Of a stretch of 64,000 bases of DNA, positions 43,612 to 52,945 are shown one piece after another. The first letter of the stretch is position 1. Every line of letters begins with the position of its first letter. The DNA comes from a virus (taxonomy: Duplodnaviria; Caudoviricetes): positions 1 to 64,000 of the IMG/VR virus record IMGVR_UViG_3300006155_000013, one strand, 5' to 3'. The notes under the pieces are model-generated. The model made no database searches. It was not told the origin of the DNA and was given only the letters and a program-made list of their open reading frames with translations. Made by a program: the position numbers and the translations under genes.

Positions 43612-45846
43612 ATGGAGAACAACTTGAATCTACTGGAGGCCCTGGACCACATCGACCCGGCGGAGCTCTGCTATCAGGATTGGCTCGCGGTGGGCATGGG
43701 GCTGAAGGAGGCGGGGTATCCCGCCTCCGCCTGGGACGAGTGGTCCCGGCGGGACGGCGCGAGGTACCACAGCGGAGAGTGCGAGAGGAAATGGGACAGC
43801 TTCGCCGGGACAGAAAACCCCGTCACCGGCGGCACGGTGGCCAAAATGGCCCTGGACCGGGGGTGGCGTCCGATGGGCTCCCGCTCCTCGGACCCCTCCC
43901 AGCCCGTCCACCCCCTGGACTGGGACGACGAGATCAGCGAGCGGGACGGGCAGGTGATCGTTGACCGGGCATGGCTGGAGGCCAAGGACATCCAGGAGCC
44001 CTCCGACAGTAACTGGCACCCCGCCCAGGACCTCATCGAATACCTGGGCACCCTCTTTTCCCCCGACGATTACGTGGGCTATGTGACAGAGACCTTCCAG
44101 GCGGAGGACGGGGAGCGCAAGCCCACACGGGGCAACTATGACCGCACCGCCGGTCAGCTCATCGAGGAGCTGAGAAAGTGCGGCGATGACCTGGGGGCGG
44201 TGCTGGGGGACTACGACCCCGGAACGGGGGCATGGATACGCTTCAACCCTCTGGACGGCAGAGGGGTCAAAAACGAGAACGTCACCGGCTTTCGCTACGC
44301 CCTCATCGAATCCGACAGCATGGATCTGGGGGAGCAGAACGCCCTCATCCGGGAACTGGAGCTCCCGGTAGCCTGCCTGGTCTACTCCGGCGGGAAAAGC
44401 CTCCACGCCATCGTCCATGTCGATGCCTCCAGCTATGAGGAGTACCGGACGCGGGTGGACTACCTCTACACCGTCTGCGAGAAGAACGGCATGAAGGTCG
44501 ATAAGCAGAACCGCAACCCCTCCCGGCTCAGCCGCCTGCCGGGAGCCACCCGGAACGGCCGGAAACAGTTCTTAGTGGAAACGAACCTGGGCAAAGCCTC
44601 CTGGGCGGAGTGGCGGGAGTGGATGGAGAGTGTCAGCGACGACCTGCCGGACCCTGAGGGGGACCTGACAACGGACCTCCCTCCCCTCGCTCCCCCGCTG
44701 ATCGAGGGCGTTTTGCGGCAGGGACACAAGATGCTCCTCGCGGGCCCCAGCAAGGCGGGCAAGAGCTTCGCCCTCATCGAGCTGTCCATCTGCATCGCCG
44801 AAGGGCTCCCGTGGCTGGGGTTCCAGTGCGCCCAGGGGCGGGTGATGTACGTCAACCTGGAGCTGGACAGGGCCTCCTGCCTCCACCGCTTCAGGGACGT
44901 GCGGCAGGCCATGGGGGCCCCCAGCAGGCACAGCGTGGACATCTGGAACCTGCGCGGGCGCTCTATCCCTATGGACAAGCTCGCGCCGAAGCTCATCCGC
45001 CGGGCCATGAAGAAAAACTATATCGCTATCGTCATTGACCCGATCTATAAGGTCATCACCGGCGACGAGAACAGCGCCGACCAGATGGCCCGGTTCTGCA
45101 ATCAATTTGACAAAGTGTGTACCGAGCTGGGGTGCGCCGTGATCTACTGCCACCACCACTCCAAGGGCGCCCAGGGCGGCAAGCGCTCCATGGACCGGGC
45201 GTCAGGCTCCGGGGTCTTCGCCCGGGACCCGGACGCCCTGCTGGACCTCATCGAGCTCCCTGTGGAGGAGGACCTCCGCAAGCAGGAGGTGGGGAACGCC
45301 GTGGGCGCGGCCTGCGGGGCGTACCTGCAAAAGCTGGACAAATCGGGCGAGGTCGGGCAGGATGACCTCTGCACCGAAAAGGCCGCTCTCGCCGCCTGTG
45401 AGGCCGTCCTCACCCCCCGGGAGTACCAGGACCTTCTCCCAGCCGTGGAGGCCGCGAGAAAGGCCGCCCAGGCCCGTACAGCGTGGCGTATAGACGGCAC
45501 ACTCCGGGAGTTCCCGAAGTTCCCTCCGGTGAACCTGTGGTTCGATTTCCCGGTGCATCGGAATGACCTCAGCGGCGTGCTGGGGGATATCGACCCGGAG
45601 AAGGAGGCCCCGGCGTGGCAGCGGGCCATGCAGAAGCGCAAGCCAAAGGAGGTCAAGGCCAAGGAGCGGAAAGCGTCTATTGAGACCGCGTTTGAAGCGT
45701 GCAATTTTGGCGATGAGGTGACATTGAAGAGTTTGGCAGAGTACATGGGCGTCTCCGAGGACACGGTCCGGCGAAGGCTGAAGGAACACGGAGGATTCTA
45801 CAACGACGGCGGCAAAATCGGGAAGAAGGCAGTCGCAAAAACATAA
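43612..45846 (+). CDS. Primase-helicase (PriCT-2 plus RepA/AAA_25)
   Basis: W..VGM.LK..G...WDEWS, SGGKSLHA, GPSKAGKS, IVIDPIYK, HHHSKG, GSG. Confidence 0.92.
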   Translation: MENNLNLLEALDHIDPAELCYQDWLAVGMGLKEAGYPASAWDEWSRRDGARYHSGECERKWDSFAGTENPVTGGTVAKMALDRGWRPMGSRSSDPSQPVHPLDWDDEISERDGQVIVDRAWLEAKDIQEPSDSNWHPAQDLIEYLGTLFSPDDYVGYVTETFQAEDGERKPTRGNYDRTAGQLIEELRKCGDDLGAVLGDYDPGTGAWIRFNPLDGRGVKNENVTGFRYALIESDSMDLGEQNALIRELELPVACLVYSGGKSLHAIVHVDASSYEEYRTRVDYLYTVCEKNGMKVDKQNRNPSRLSRLPGATRNGRKQFLVETNLGKASWAEWREWMESVSDDLPDPEGDLTTDLPPLAPPLIEGVLRQGHKMLLAGPSKAGKSFALIELSICIAEGLPWLGFQCAQGRVMYVNLELDRASCLHRFRDVRQAMGAPSRHSVDIWNLRGRSIPMDKLAPKLIRRAMKKNYIAIVIDPIYKVITGDENSADQMARFCNQFDKVCTELGCAVIYCHHHSKGAQGGKRSMDRASGSGVFARDPDALLDLIELPVEEDLRKQEVGNAVGAACGAYLQKLDKSGEVGQDDLCTEKAALAACEAVLTPREYQDLLPAVEAARKAAQARTAWRIDGTLREFPKFPPVNLWFDFPVHRNDLSGVLGDIDPEKEAPAWQRAMQKRKPKEVKAKERKASIETAFEACNFGDEVTLKSLAEYMGVSEDTVRRRLKEHGGFYNDGGKIGKKAVAKT

Positions 45847-46080
45847 ATCGCATTTTCCGGAAATTCGCAGAAACACATTTTTGCAACTGCGAAATTCGCA
45901 AAATTTCGTTTTTGCAAATCTGCAAGATATTAGCAAAAACACGTTTTTGCGTCTGCAAAAATCCGCTTGCAGAAATATATATACTACGTATATATATTTT
46001 GCGCCTTGCGGCGGCATCGGGGAGAGGCAGGCGGGCTAAAGCTCCCGCCCGCCGCCTCCCTCTCCCGACCAATGCCGAAT
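45833..46080. other. Putative replication origin: GCAAAA/TTTTGC iterons, AT-rich palindrome, GC hairpin
   Basis: Many (TC)GCAAAA and TTTTGC repeats; ATATATATACTACGTATATATAT; directly after the primase gene. Confidence 0.65.
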
Positions 46081-46120
46081 AGGTTTTTGAAATTAGATAA
46101 ACTTTAGCGAGGTAAAAAAT

Positions 46121-46312
46121 GTGGAAAACAAAATCTTTTTGGACGGCGTCTGTCCGGTCTGTGGACGCCATTGTGGAAACGGAGGACACGGTATGACGCT
46201 CCGGTGCCCGTGCGGCTGGACCGGGGAGTTTTCCGGGAAGGACCAGGAAATCCTGATGGAGTTCATCCGCTGTTCCCAGGAGCGGGAGAGGAAGGCCGAA
46301 AATGCGGATTGA
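46121..46312 (+). CDS. Small Zn-finger protein
   Basis: CPVCG...CPCG; RBS GAGGT. Confidence 0.65.
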   Translation: MENKIFLDGVCPVCGRHCGNGGHGMTLRCPCGWTGEFSGKDQEILMEFIRCSQERERKAENAD

Positions 46313-46700
46313 ATGCTTCCTCCCTATGCTCCCCCCCACCGCCACCCACCAGGAGAAGCAGGTGCGGGTGGTCAATGGAAAACCCGTCTTCTACGACCCG
46401 CCGGCGGTCCGGGACGCCCGGGCGAAGCTCACCGCCCACCTGAGCGCCCACAGGCCGGAGAAGCCCATGCGTGGCGCGGTGCGGCTGGTAGTCAAGTGGT
46501 GCTTCCCCAGAGGACAGCACGCCGACGGAGCGTACCGGATCACCAAGCCCGATACGGACAACCTCCAGAAGCTCCTCAAGGACTGCATGACCCGGGTGGG
46601 GTTCTGGAGGGACGACGCCCAGGTGGCCTCTGAGGTCTGCGAGAAATTCTGGGCCGAGGTCCCAGGCATCTACATCCGCGCCGAGGAGGTGGGCCCGTGA
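46302..46700 (+). CDS. rusA: RusA-like Holliday junction resolvase
   Basis: KPDTDNLQKLLKDCM...DDAQV. Confidence 0.9.
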   Translation: MRIECFLPMLPPTATHQEKQVRVVNGKPVFYDPPAVRDARAKLTAHLSAHRPEKPMRGAVRLVVKWCFPRGQHADGAYRITKPDTDNLQKLLKDCMTRVGFWRDDAQVASEVCEKFWAEVPGIYIRAEEVGP

Positions 46701-47059
46701 ACGAGCAGTGGGATTTTCCCTTCGAGCGGGAGGCCGCGCAGAACATCCTGCCGCCGGACCTCTCCCTCTCGGACCAGATGGCCTACAGCGCCCTTCGGAA
46801 CATCTATCGGGCGTTCCGGGCCGGGGATATCGGTCGGGACCGGGCCGGGGAGGAGAAGCGGCGTCTGCGCCGTGCCTGGGAGCAGGCCAAGGAGGCCGAA
46901 GCCCTGGAGAAGAGACTCCTGGACTACCATGTGCGGCTCATCCGGGGCGCGGAGCTGGCCATCATCAGGTGCAGGAAGGATCCGACGGCGGAGAACGCCC
47001 TGTACCTGTGCAATGTGCTGGATGGGTTCGAGAGGCCGGAGGTGGGCACATGGTCATGA
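46697..47059 (+). CDS. Hypothetical protein
   Basis: GTGA overlap; 120 aa. Confidence 0.7.
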   Translation: MNEQWDFPFEREAAQNILPPDLSLSDQMAYSALRNIYRAFRAGDIGRDRAGEEKRRLRRAWEQAKEAEALEKRLLDYHVRLIRGAELAIIRCRKDPTAENALYLCNVLDGFERPEVGTWS

Positions 47060-47427
47060 CCAATGAGGAGATCGTCCGGGACTACCTCCAGGCCCGGAAC
47101 AAGAGCAAACAGATCAGGATTTTGGCGGACCTGAACCAGACCACCAAGGCGGAAATCAGGCAGATTCTCGCGTCGGAGGGCGCAGAGGCCGTAGAGGCAA
47201 ATAAACGGCCTTTAAAGCCCCTTAATCCTAAGATGAAGAATGACACGGTGGAGAAGCTGGAGGCCCCCAAAACAGAAATCTATGGCCAAATAGAGGCTAT
47301 CCTCGCAGAACTGCCGGAGGATATGGGCGTCAAAGCCCGCTAGGCCGCCGGGAAGATGCTGGCGGAGATGTTCGCGGAGTACCTGAAGATGCGGCTGAGG
47401 CTGGAAGACGAAGGAGGGACGGCATGA
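47056..47427 (+). pseudogene. Hypothetical protein interrupted by TAG at 47341
   Basis: Frame continues past TAG to a TGA overlapping the next ATG (ATGA coupling). Confidence 0.65.
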
Positions 47428-47747
47428 AAAAGAACGGATATCTCCAGCGCATGGAGCGCAAAAACGAGGGCAAATATCGGCAGGCGTTCCTGGGGAAGAT
47501 GGACACGCTCCAGCAGAAGTGCGTGGACGCGGCATTCCTGGCGGCGGCGGACGTGTTTGAGATAGGTCCCGGGCGCTGTGAGAAGTTCGGCACGGCTATG
47601 ATGGACTATCTGCACGAGATGGCCCGCCTCATGGTCGAGGACGCCCGGGACGACCCGGGCATGGTCTACACCAAGGAGGCGGTGGACCGCAGGCTCAGGA
47701 AAATCTGCGGGGAGAAGTTTGAGCCCTGGGAGGTGAGATACAAGTGA
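47424..47747 (+). CDS. Conserved phage protein; paralogue of 1-219
   Basis: Near-identical DNA to the window start. Confidence 0.85.
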   Translation: MKKNGYLQRMERKNEGKYRQAFLGKMDTLQQKCVDAAFLAAADVFEIGPGRCEKFGTAMMDYLHEMARLMVEDARDDPGMVYTKEAVDRRLRKICGEKFEPWEVRYK

Positions 47748-48088
47748 TAACGGATCTACAAATGACATATGCCGCTTTTGATTTGTGGCTGAGCGCCGAA
47801 GGAGAGGATAACCGTGCAGAGCTGGAACGGGTCAAGCGGATTCTTCCGATGATTTTGGAGGAATGCTGTACCGTAAAGCAGATGGAGTACATCACCCTCT
47901 ATTTCATCGAAAAGATGACGATGAAAGAAATCGCTTCTCTCTGTGGCGTCACCAAGTCTTCGGTATGCAGGGGTATCAACCGCGGACTTGACAGAGCATA
48001 TCCGTATCTCAAATTCTGCTCTCCGCTGTTTATCAAAGCTCCGCAGAAAAAAGAACGTCTGAGAACGGGGAGGAGGTTGAGGAAATGA
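47744..48088 (+). CDS. Sigma70 region-4-like HTH protein
   Basis: T.KQ.EYI.LYF.E.MTMKEIA.L.GV.KSSV.R.I.R. Confidence 0.8.
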   Translation: MITDLQMTYAAFDLWLSAEGEDNRAELERVKRILPMILEECCTVKQMEYITLYFIEKMTMKEIASLCGVTKSSVCRGINRGLDRAYPYLKFCSPLFIKAPQKKERLRTGRRLRK

Positions 48089-48432
48089 CCAGAGAGGAAG
48101 CGGCAGAAATCCTGGACGGGCGCAATATCGTGGGCCGCGCCGCATACCTGGAGGCGCTGGAGGTAGCGGCGAATGCTCTGTGCGAAAGCGCCGCCCTCCG
48201 CGCTGACGCTCCGCCTCCCAACGGCCCGCTGACCATGGAGGAGCTGCGGGAGATGGCAGAAACACATGAGCCTGTTTGGTGTACCCATAAAAATGGATAT
48301 GTGTTCATTGCAACGACAAAAACCGAACCCTATAACCAGGTCTGGTTTTTTAACCACAAAGGATTTTGGGATACGGTCCTATATTATCACACAAAATTCT
48401 ACCGCCGCAGGCCGGAGGAGGGGACGGTATGA
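48085..48432 (+). CDS. Mosaic hypothetical protein
   Basis: N-terminus matches 216-608; PN.PLT.EELREM and RR.PEE motifs match 1143-1580. Confidence 0.8.
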   Translation: MTREEAAEILDGRNIVGRAAYLEALEVAANALCESAALRADAPPPNGPLTMEELREMAETHEPVWCTHKNGYVFIATTKTEPYNQVWFFNHKGFWDTVLYYHTKFYRRRPEEGTV

Positions 48433-48731
48433 CAGAGCATGTAGAAAGCCATTCCGAGCGTGAAATTGTAAACAGCTGTGTCTCTCTGATGCAGGAACTG
48501 GTTGGATATTTTGAGGACTATTTGGACTTCATGGGAATTATCCCTCAGAATGAAGAAGAGCGTTTTCAGGTGGAGCTTTCCTACTTCCACATTGTCAACA
48601 GGCTCCTGCTTTGGGAAACCAGCCATAGCGGAGGGACGTCCACAAGGGAGAAATGTGATGAGCTGGGATTTGACTCCAGCGATTGCGTTACATTTGAGGA
48701 TGAGCGATACAAGCAGGAGGAAGAGACATGA
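48429..48731 (+). CDS. Acidic hypothetical protein
   Basis: ATGA overlaps at both ends; lower GC. Confidence 0.7.
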   Translation: MTEHVESHSEREIVNSCVSLMQELVGYFEDYLDFMGIIPQNEEERFQVELSYFHIVNRLLLWETSHSGGTSTREKCDELGFDSSDCVTFEDERYKQEEET

Positions 48732-48838
48732 CAATCGATTGGCTGTACATTGGTTATGTTCTTGGCGTTGTGACGGCGGCTTGGATTTGTCCTGCGGCAG
48801 ATAGCGCATTTAAGGCATGGAGGCGCAGAGGGAAATGA
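48728..48838 (+). CDS. 36-aa membrane peptide (not in the ORF track)
   Basis: MTIDWLYIGYVLGVVTAAWICPAA...; ATGA overlaps at both ends. Confidence 0.55.
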   Translation: MTIDWLYIGYVLGVVTAAWICPAADSAFKAWRRRGK

Positions 48839-49404
48839 AGCCGATACTGCTCAAAACCGAAATGGTCCGCGCCATTCTGGATGGCCGCAAGACGGTGGCG
48901 CGGCAGGTGGTGAAGCCGCAGCCAGGAAATCGTCTTGTTCCAATGCCTGTTGAGTCATGTTGGCCCGGATATTTTGGGGAGTGTGGCACATCCCGCGTTA
49001 TAGGTCCACCCTACCGCCCCGGCAACATCCTGTATGTGCGGGAGACGTGGCAGCAGGGGCTTGGCGGAACCTATCTCTACAAGGCCAGCGCTGGGCTTGA
49101 CCTGTTTATGAACAAAGAAGGAAATCTTGTGTCCAACATTCCGTGGTGCCCCTCCATCCATATGCCCCGGGAGGCGGCGCGGATTTTCCTGCGGGTGACG
49201 GATGTGCGGGTGGAGCGGTTGCAGGGGATTGATGATGATGGAGTTGTTGCCGAGGGGCTGGAGATTGGCGCTCCCTTCGATGAGCTCTGGGATAGCACCA
49301 TCAAGCCCGCAGACCGTGCCCTCTACGGCTGGGAGGCGAATCCCTGGGTGTGGGTTATAGAGTTCGAGCGGATCAGCAGGGAGGAGGCGCGGCGCGATGC
49401 CTGA
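48835..49404 (+). CDS. ASCH/PUA-like phage protein
   Basis: MKPIL...MVRAILDGRKT.R, LYVRETW, W.PSIHMPR.AARIFL.VT.VRVERLQ, NPWVWVIEF. Confidence 0.8.
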   Translation: MKPILLKTEMVRAILDGRKTVARQVVKPQPGNRLVPMPVESCWPGYFGECGTSRVIGPPYRPGNILYVRETWQQGLGGTYLYKASAGLDLFMNKEGNLVSNIPWCPSIHMPREAARIFLRVTDVRVERLQGIDDDGVVAEGLEIGAPFDELWDSTIKPADRALYGWEANPWVWVIEFERISREEARRDA

Positions 49405-49558
49405 TCTCTACGCCAAAGCCCTCCCCGCCAGACCGAAGAAGAAGCGCCTCCCCCGCAAGTGCTCCACCTGCGCAGACCGGGAATGCAAGCAGAGAGGGCG
49501 GGTGTGCGACTGGAAGCACTGCGGGAAGTGGAAGGTGGAACCAAATGAAACCCGATAA
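49397..49558 (+). CDS. Small basic Cys-rich protein; paralogue of 1573-1731
   Basis: MPDLYAKALPARPKKKRLPRKCSTCADREC. Confidence 0.7.
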   Translation: MPDLYAKALPARPKKKRLPRKCSTCADRECKQRGRVCDWKHCGKWKVEPNETR

Positions 49559-49754
49559 CCCATTCCGAAAAGGCACTCTGATCTGGTCAGTGATGGAAGG
49601 GGACTGGTCCGACCTGACGCCGAAGCAGATCGGCGAGGTCCTGGGCACCAGCGGGCGGTCCGTAACCGCGCAGATCACCAAGATCAGGCATCGGACCGGA
49701 TACGACGTCCCGTACAGGAGGAACAGCCGGGGCAGGAGGCAAAAAAGCGACTGA
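49545..49754 (+). CDS. Small HTH protein, candidate late regulator of prophage B
   Basis: LTPKQIGEVLGTS..SV...I..I; last gene before TerS. Confidence 0.65.
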   Translation: MKPDNPFRKGTLIWSVMEGDWSDLTPKQIGEVLGTSGRSVTAQITKIRHRTGYDVPYRRNSRGRRQKSD

Positions 49755-49800
49755 TTCAGAAAAGCGGTCGCACTTTGCTCTACCCGCCGCCGCCCCGCCG

Positions 49801-49809
49801 TGCTATACT
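49801..49809 (+). promoter_or_regulatory. Extended -10 of the probable late promoter of prophage B
   Basis: TGcTATACT 33 nt upstream of TerS; no -35 at normal spacing. Confidence 0.5.
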
Positions 49810-49841
49810 GGAACCATTTCAAACAGGATGGCGGTGAGATC

Positions 49842-50297
49842 ATGGCCCGGCCCAGAAAATTCAAGACCCCGAAAGCCCTCTCCGACGCCTGGGAGGACTA
49901 CAAAGCCTGGTGCGACAGCCGGACGGTGCTGACCCACGATTTCAGCGCCAAAAATTCGGAGTTTGTCAGCGCGGAGCTCAAGCGCAGCGTGACCTACACC
50001 ATTGAGGGCTTCTGCGTGTGGGCGGGCATCTCCCGCACCGCTTTTTACGAGTATTATGCGTCTGACAGGCGCTATGTTGACATCGTCACGCGCATGAGGG
50101 AGGCCTGCGAGGTGGACGCCCGGCACAAGTTCGAGCTGGGGGTCATCGACCCGAAGCTGGCCTCCCTCTGGATGGGGCGGCACGGCTACGGCGTAAAGAC
50201 CGAGGCCGTCTCCCCGGACCAGCGGGAGGACGACCCCATCACCCGGAGCCTGAAGGAGGCGGCCCATGTTCTCACCGAAACAGATCGCGGTCCTTAA
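49842..50297 (+). CDS. terS: Terminase small subunit (P22 gp3/DNA-packaging type)
   Basis: MARPRKFKTP..L...W.DY...TIEGFCVWAGISR..FY; overlaps TerL. Confidence 0.8.
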   Translation: MARPRKFKTPKALSDAWEDYKAWCDSRTVLTHDFSAKNSEFVSAELKRSVTYTIEGFCVWAGISRTAFYEYYASDRRYVDIVTRMREACEVDARHKFELGVIDPKLASLWMGRHGYGVKTEAVSPDQREDDPITRSLKEAAHVLTETDRGP

Positions 50298-51504
50298 GTG
50301 GCCCTACACCGGAAAGCGGGCCCTCATCTGCGACGGCGCGGTGCGCGCGGGCAAGACCAGCGTCATGAGCGTGAGCTTCCTCCTCTGGGCCATGGGGGCC
50401 TTTGACCGGCAGAGCTTCGCTCTCTGCGGCAAGACGGTGGGCAGCGCGGAGCGGAACATCATCCAGCCGCTTCTCGCCGTGGGCTACCTGCAAGAGCATT
50501 TTGCCCTGAGCTACTCCCGGTCGGAGCACGTGCTCACCGTCAACCGGGGCCAAAAGACGAACCGCTTCTACGTCTTTGGCGGCCGGGACGAGGGCTCCTA
50601 CATGCTCATCCAGGGCATCACCTTGGCGGGGGTGCTCCTGGACGAGGTGGCCCTCATGCCCCGGTCCTTTGTGGAGCAGGCCCTGGCCCGGTGCAGCGTG
50701 TCTGGGGCAAAGCTCTGGTTCAACTGCAACCCGGACGTTCCGGAGCACTGGTTCCGGAAGGAGTGGCTCCTGAAGCTTCAGGAGAAGGACGCCACCCACC
50801 TCCACTTCCGCATGGAGGACAACCCCGGCCTCTCCCCGGAGACCCTGGAGATGTACCGGAACCTCTACACCGGGGTTTTCAAGCGCCGCTACATCGACGG
50901 CGAGTGGACCGCCGGGGACGGCCTTATCTACGATATGTTCGACCCGGAGGACAACACCTACGGCGATACGGACCGCCCCAAGGGCCTGGAGTACGTCTCC
51001 AGCCGGACCATCGCCTGTGATTACGGCACCGCCAACCCCTGCGTGTTTCTGGATATCTACGACGACGGGGAGACGGTCTGGGTGGACAATGAGTACCGCT
51101 GGGACAGCCGGAAGGAGCTCCGGCAGAAGACGGACGGGGAGTACGCGGACGCCTTTGAGGACTTCATGGGGCCGGACCCCCAGCACTTCTGCCCGGCGGT
51201 GGTGGACCCGTCGGCGGCGAGCTTCATCGCGGAGCTCCAGCGCCGGGGGGTCTACACCCTCCAGGGGGACAACGACGTCCCGGACGGCATCCGGCGGGTG
51301 AGCTCCCTGCTGGGACGGCGGGTCATTCGCATCCACCGGGAGCGGTGCGGGGGGCTCCTGGGGGAGCTGGGCAGCTACGTCTGGGACAGCAAGGCGGCGG
51401 CGCTGGGGGTGGAGCGCCCGGTGAAGGCTCTGGACCACGGCCCCGACGCCCTGCGGTACTACGTCAATACCTGCGTGCCCAAATGGCGCTATGGGGAGGA
51501 GTGA
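50266..51504 (+). CDS. terL: Terminase large subunit, PBSX family
   Basis: GAVRAGKT, GVLLDEV, CDYG, DHGPDALRY. Confidence 0.95.
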   Translation: MFSPKQIAVLKWPYTGKRALICDGAVRAGKTSVMSVSFLLWAMGAFDRQSFALCGKTVGSAERNIIQPLLAVGYLQEHFALSYSRSEHVLTVNRGQKTNRFYVFGGRDEGSYMLIQGITLAGVLLDEVALMPRSFVEQALARCSVSGAKLWFNCNPDVPEHWFRKEWLLKLQEKDATHLHFRMEDNPGLSPETLEMYRNLYTGVFKRRYIDGEWTAGDGLIYDMFDPEDNTYGDTDRPKGLEYVSSRTIACDYGTANPCVFLDIYDDGETVWVDNEYRWDSRKELRQKTDGEYADAFEDFMGPDPQHFCPAVVDPSAASFIAELQRRGVYTLQGDNDVPDGIRRVSSLLGRRVIRIHRERCGGLLGELGSYVWDSKAAALGVERPVKALDHGPDALRYYVNTCVPKWRYGEE

Positions 51505-51508
51505 TCGC

Positions 51509-52945
51509 TTGTCCAGACGCCGGAAATCGAAACCGAATATCCCGCCCTCCGGGCTCACCGCCGTCCACGACGCGTTCTCGAACCCCCTCTTCCGCCTGGG
51601 GTACGGCTCCCAGTCCCCCCTGGAGGCCACGGAGTACCCAGCCATCCGGCTGACGGGGAACTACGCGCTGATGAACAGCCTCTACCGGGACAACTGGGTG
51701 GTGCAGAACGTGGTCGGCATCATCCCGGACGACATGACCAAGAAGTGGTTCATGGCAGCGGGGGCCCTCTCGCCGGAGCAGCGTGCCGCCCTGGACGCCG
51801 TCCAACGGCGCACGGGCCTGCGGGAGAGCGTCAACGAGGGCCTGCGCTGGGGCCGTCTCTACGGCGGCGCGGCAGGCATCCTCTGGATCAGGGGGCAGGA
51901 GGCCCTGCTGGAGCGCCCCCTGGACCTGGAGAGCATCCTGCCCGGCGCCTTCGAGGGCCTCTACATCCTGGACCGCTGGTGCGGCATCGCGCCGGAGGCG
52001 GGGGAGGTGTTCCTCCAGGGCAGGCCGGAGCCGGAATATTACACCGTCCGCTTCCCCGACGGACGCACCGCCGCCCGGGTCCACCACAGCAGGGTGGTCC
52101 GCTTCACGGGCCGGGAGCTGCCGTACCTGGAGCGGATGGCGGAGCAGGGCTGGGGGGCCTCGGAGGTGGAGAGCCTGTACCGGGAGGTGGTCCAGTACGA
52201 CAACACCACCGCCAACATGGCGGCGCTGACCTTCCGGGCCAACATCGACACCATGGAGGTCCAGAACCTGGACCAGCTGTTCTCCCTGGCCTCCGGGGAG
52301 GCCCAGCGGCGCTTCTGGAACGTGATGCAGGCCCAGAGCGTGCTACGCTCCAACTTCGGCTACCAGCTGGTGAACAAAGGGGACCAGGTGAAAAACACCC
52401 AGTACACCTTCACCGGCCTCTCCGACGTCCACGAGAGTATGTGCCTGAGCCTCTCGGGGGCGAGCCGCATCCCCATGACGAAGCTCTTCGGCCGGGCCCC
52501 GGCGGGGATGAACGCCACCGGGGAGAGCGACCTGCAAAACTACTACGACTACGTGGACACCCTCCGGGAGAGCGTCCTCGCCCCTATCCTGCGGCGGCTT
52601 TTGCCGGTGCTGTGTATGTCGGCCCTGGGGACGGTGCCGGAGGACATCGACCTGACCTTCCCGCCCCTCTGGACCCCCACGGCCCGGGAGGTGGCGGAGA
52701 TCGCAAGGGACAAGGCGGAGACAGTGGCCGCGGTCTTTCAGGCGGGGCTTCTCCAGGCGGACACGGCGGCCCGGGAGCTCAAGAAGCTCTCCGGGGAGAC
52801 GGGGCTCTTCGACAGCATCACCGATCAGGAGATCGCCGCCCTGCGGGGGAAGAGCTACCAGGATGTCACCGCTTTGCGGGACCCCCTCGCGGGGCTGAGC
52901 TGGGAGGAGGAGCCGGATGCCGAAGCTGACGCGCGGCCCGGCTGA
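51509..52945 (+). CDS. Portal protein, DUF1073 family
   Basis: YR.NW....VG.IP.DM, W.RLYGGA, IP.TKLFG.AP.G.NATGESD..NYYD; TTG start with RBS. Confidence 0.9.
   Translation: MSRRRKSKPNIPPSGLTAVHDAFSNPLFRLGYGSQSPLEATEYPAIRLTGNYALMNSLYRDNWVVQNVVGIIPDDMTKKWFMAAGALSPEQRAALDAVQRRTGLRESVNEGLRWGRLYGGAAGILWIRGQEALLERPLDLESILPGAFEGLYILDRWCGIAPEAGEVFLQGRPEPEYYTVRFPDGRTAARVHHSRVVRFTGRELPYLERMAEQGWGASEVESLYREVVQYDNTTANMAALTFRANIDTMEVQNLDQLFSLASGEAQRRFWNVMQAQSVLRSNFGYQLVNKGDQVKNTQYTFTGLSDVHESMCLSLSGASRIPMTKLFGRAPAGMNATGESDLQNYYDYVDTLRESVLAPILRRLLPVLCMSALGTVPEDIDLTFPPLWTPTAREVAEIARDKAETVAAVFQAGLLQADTAARELKKLSGETGLFDSITDQEIAALRGKSYQDVTALRDPLAGLSWEEEPDAEADARPG

Noticed and set aside
35568-47427. Stop-codon reassignment (TAG read as Gln, genetic code 15) suggested by several in-frame TAGs
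   Set aside because: TAG clearly ends many genes followed directly by an RBS or hairpin (3250, 8426, 20813, 25853, 26615, 35711), long core genes have no internal TAGs, no suppressor tRNA is visible, and the 37564 lesion is a frameshift that read-through would not fix
51509-52945. Anti-CBASS Acb1 nuclease, a label sometimes attached to DUF1073-like proteins
   Set aside because: Size (~480 aa), position between TerL and the minor capsid gene, and motifs indicate a portal; no 2H-phosphoesterase HxT/S pair recognised
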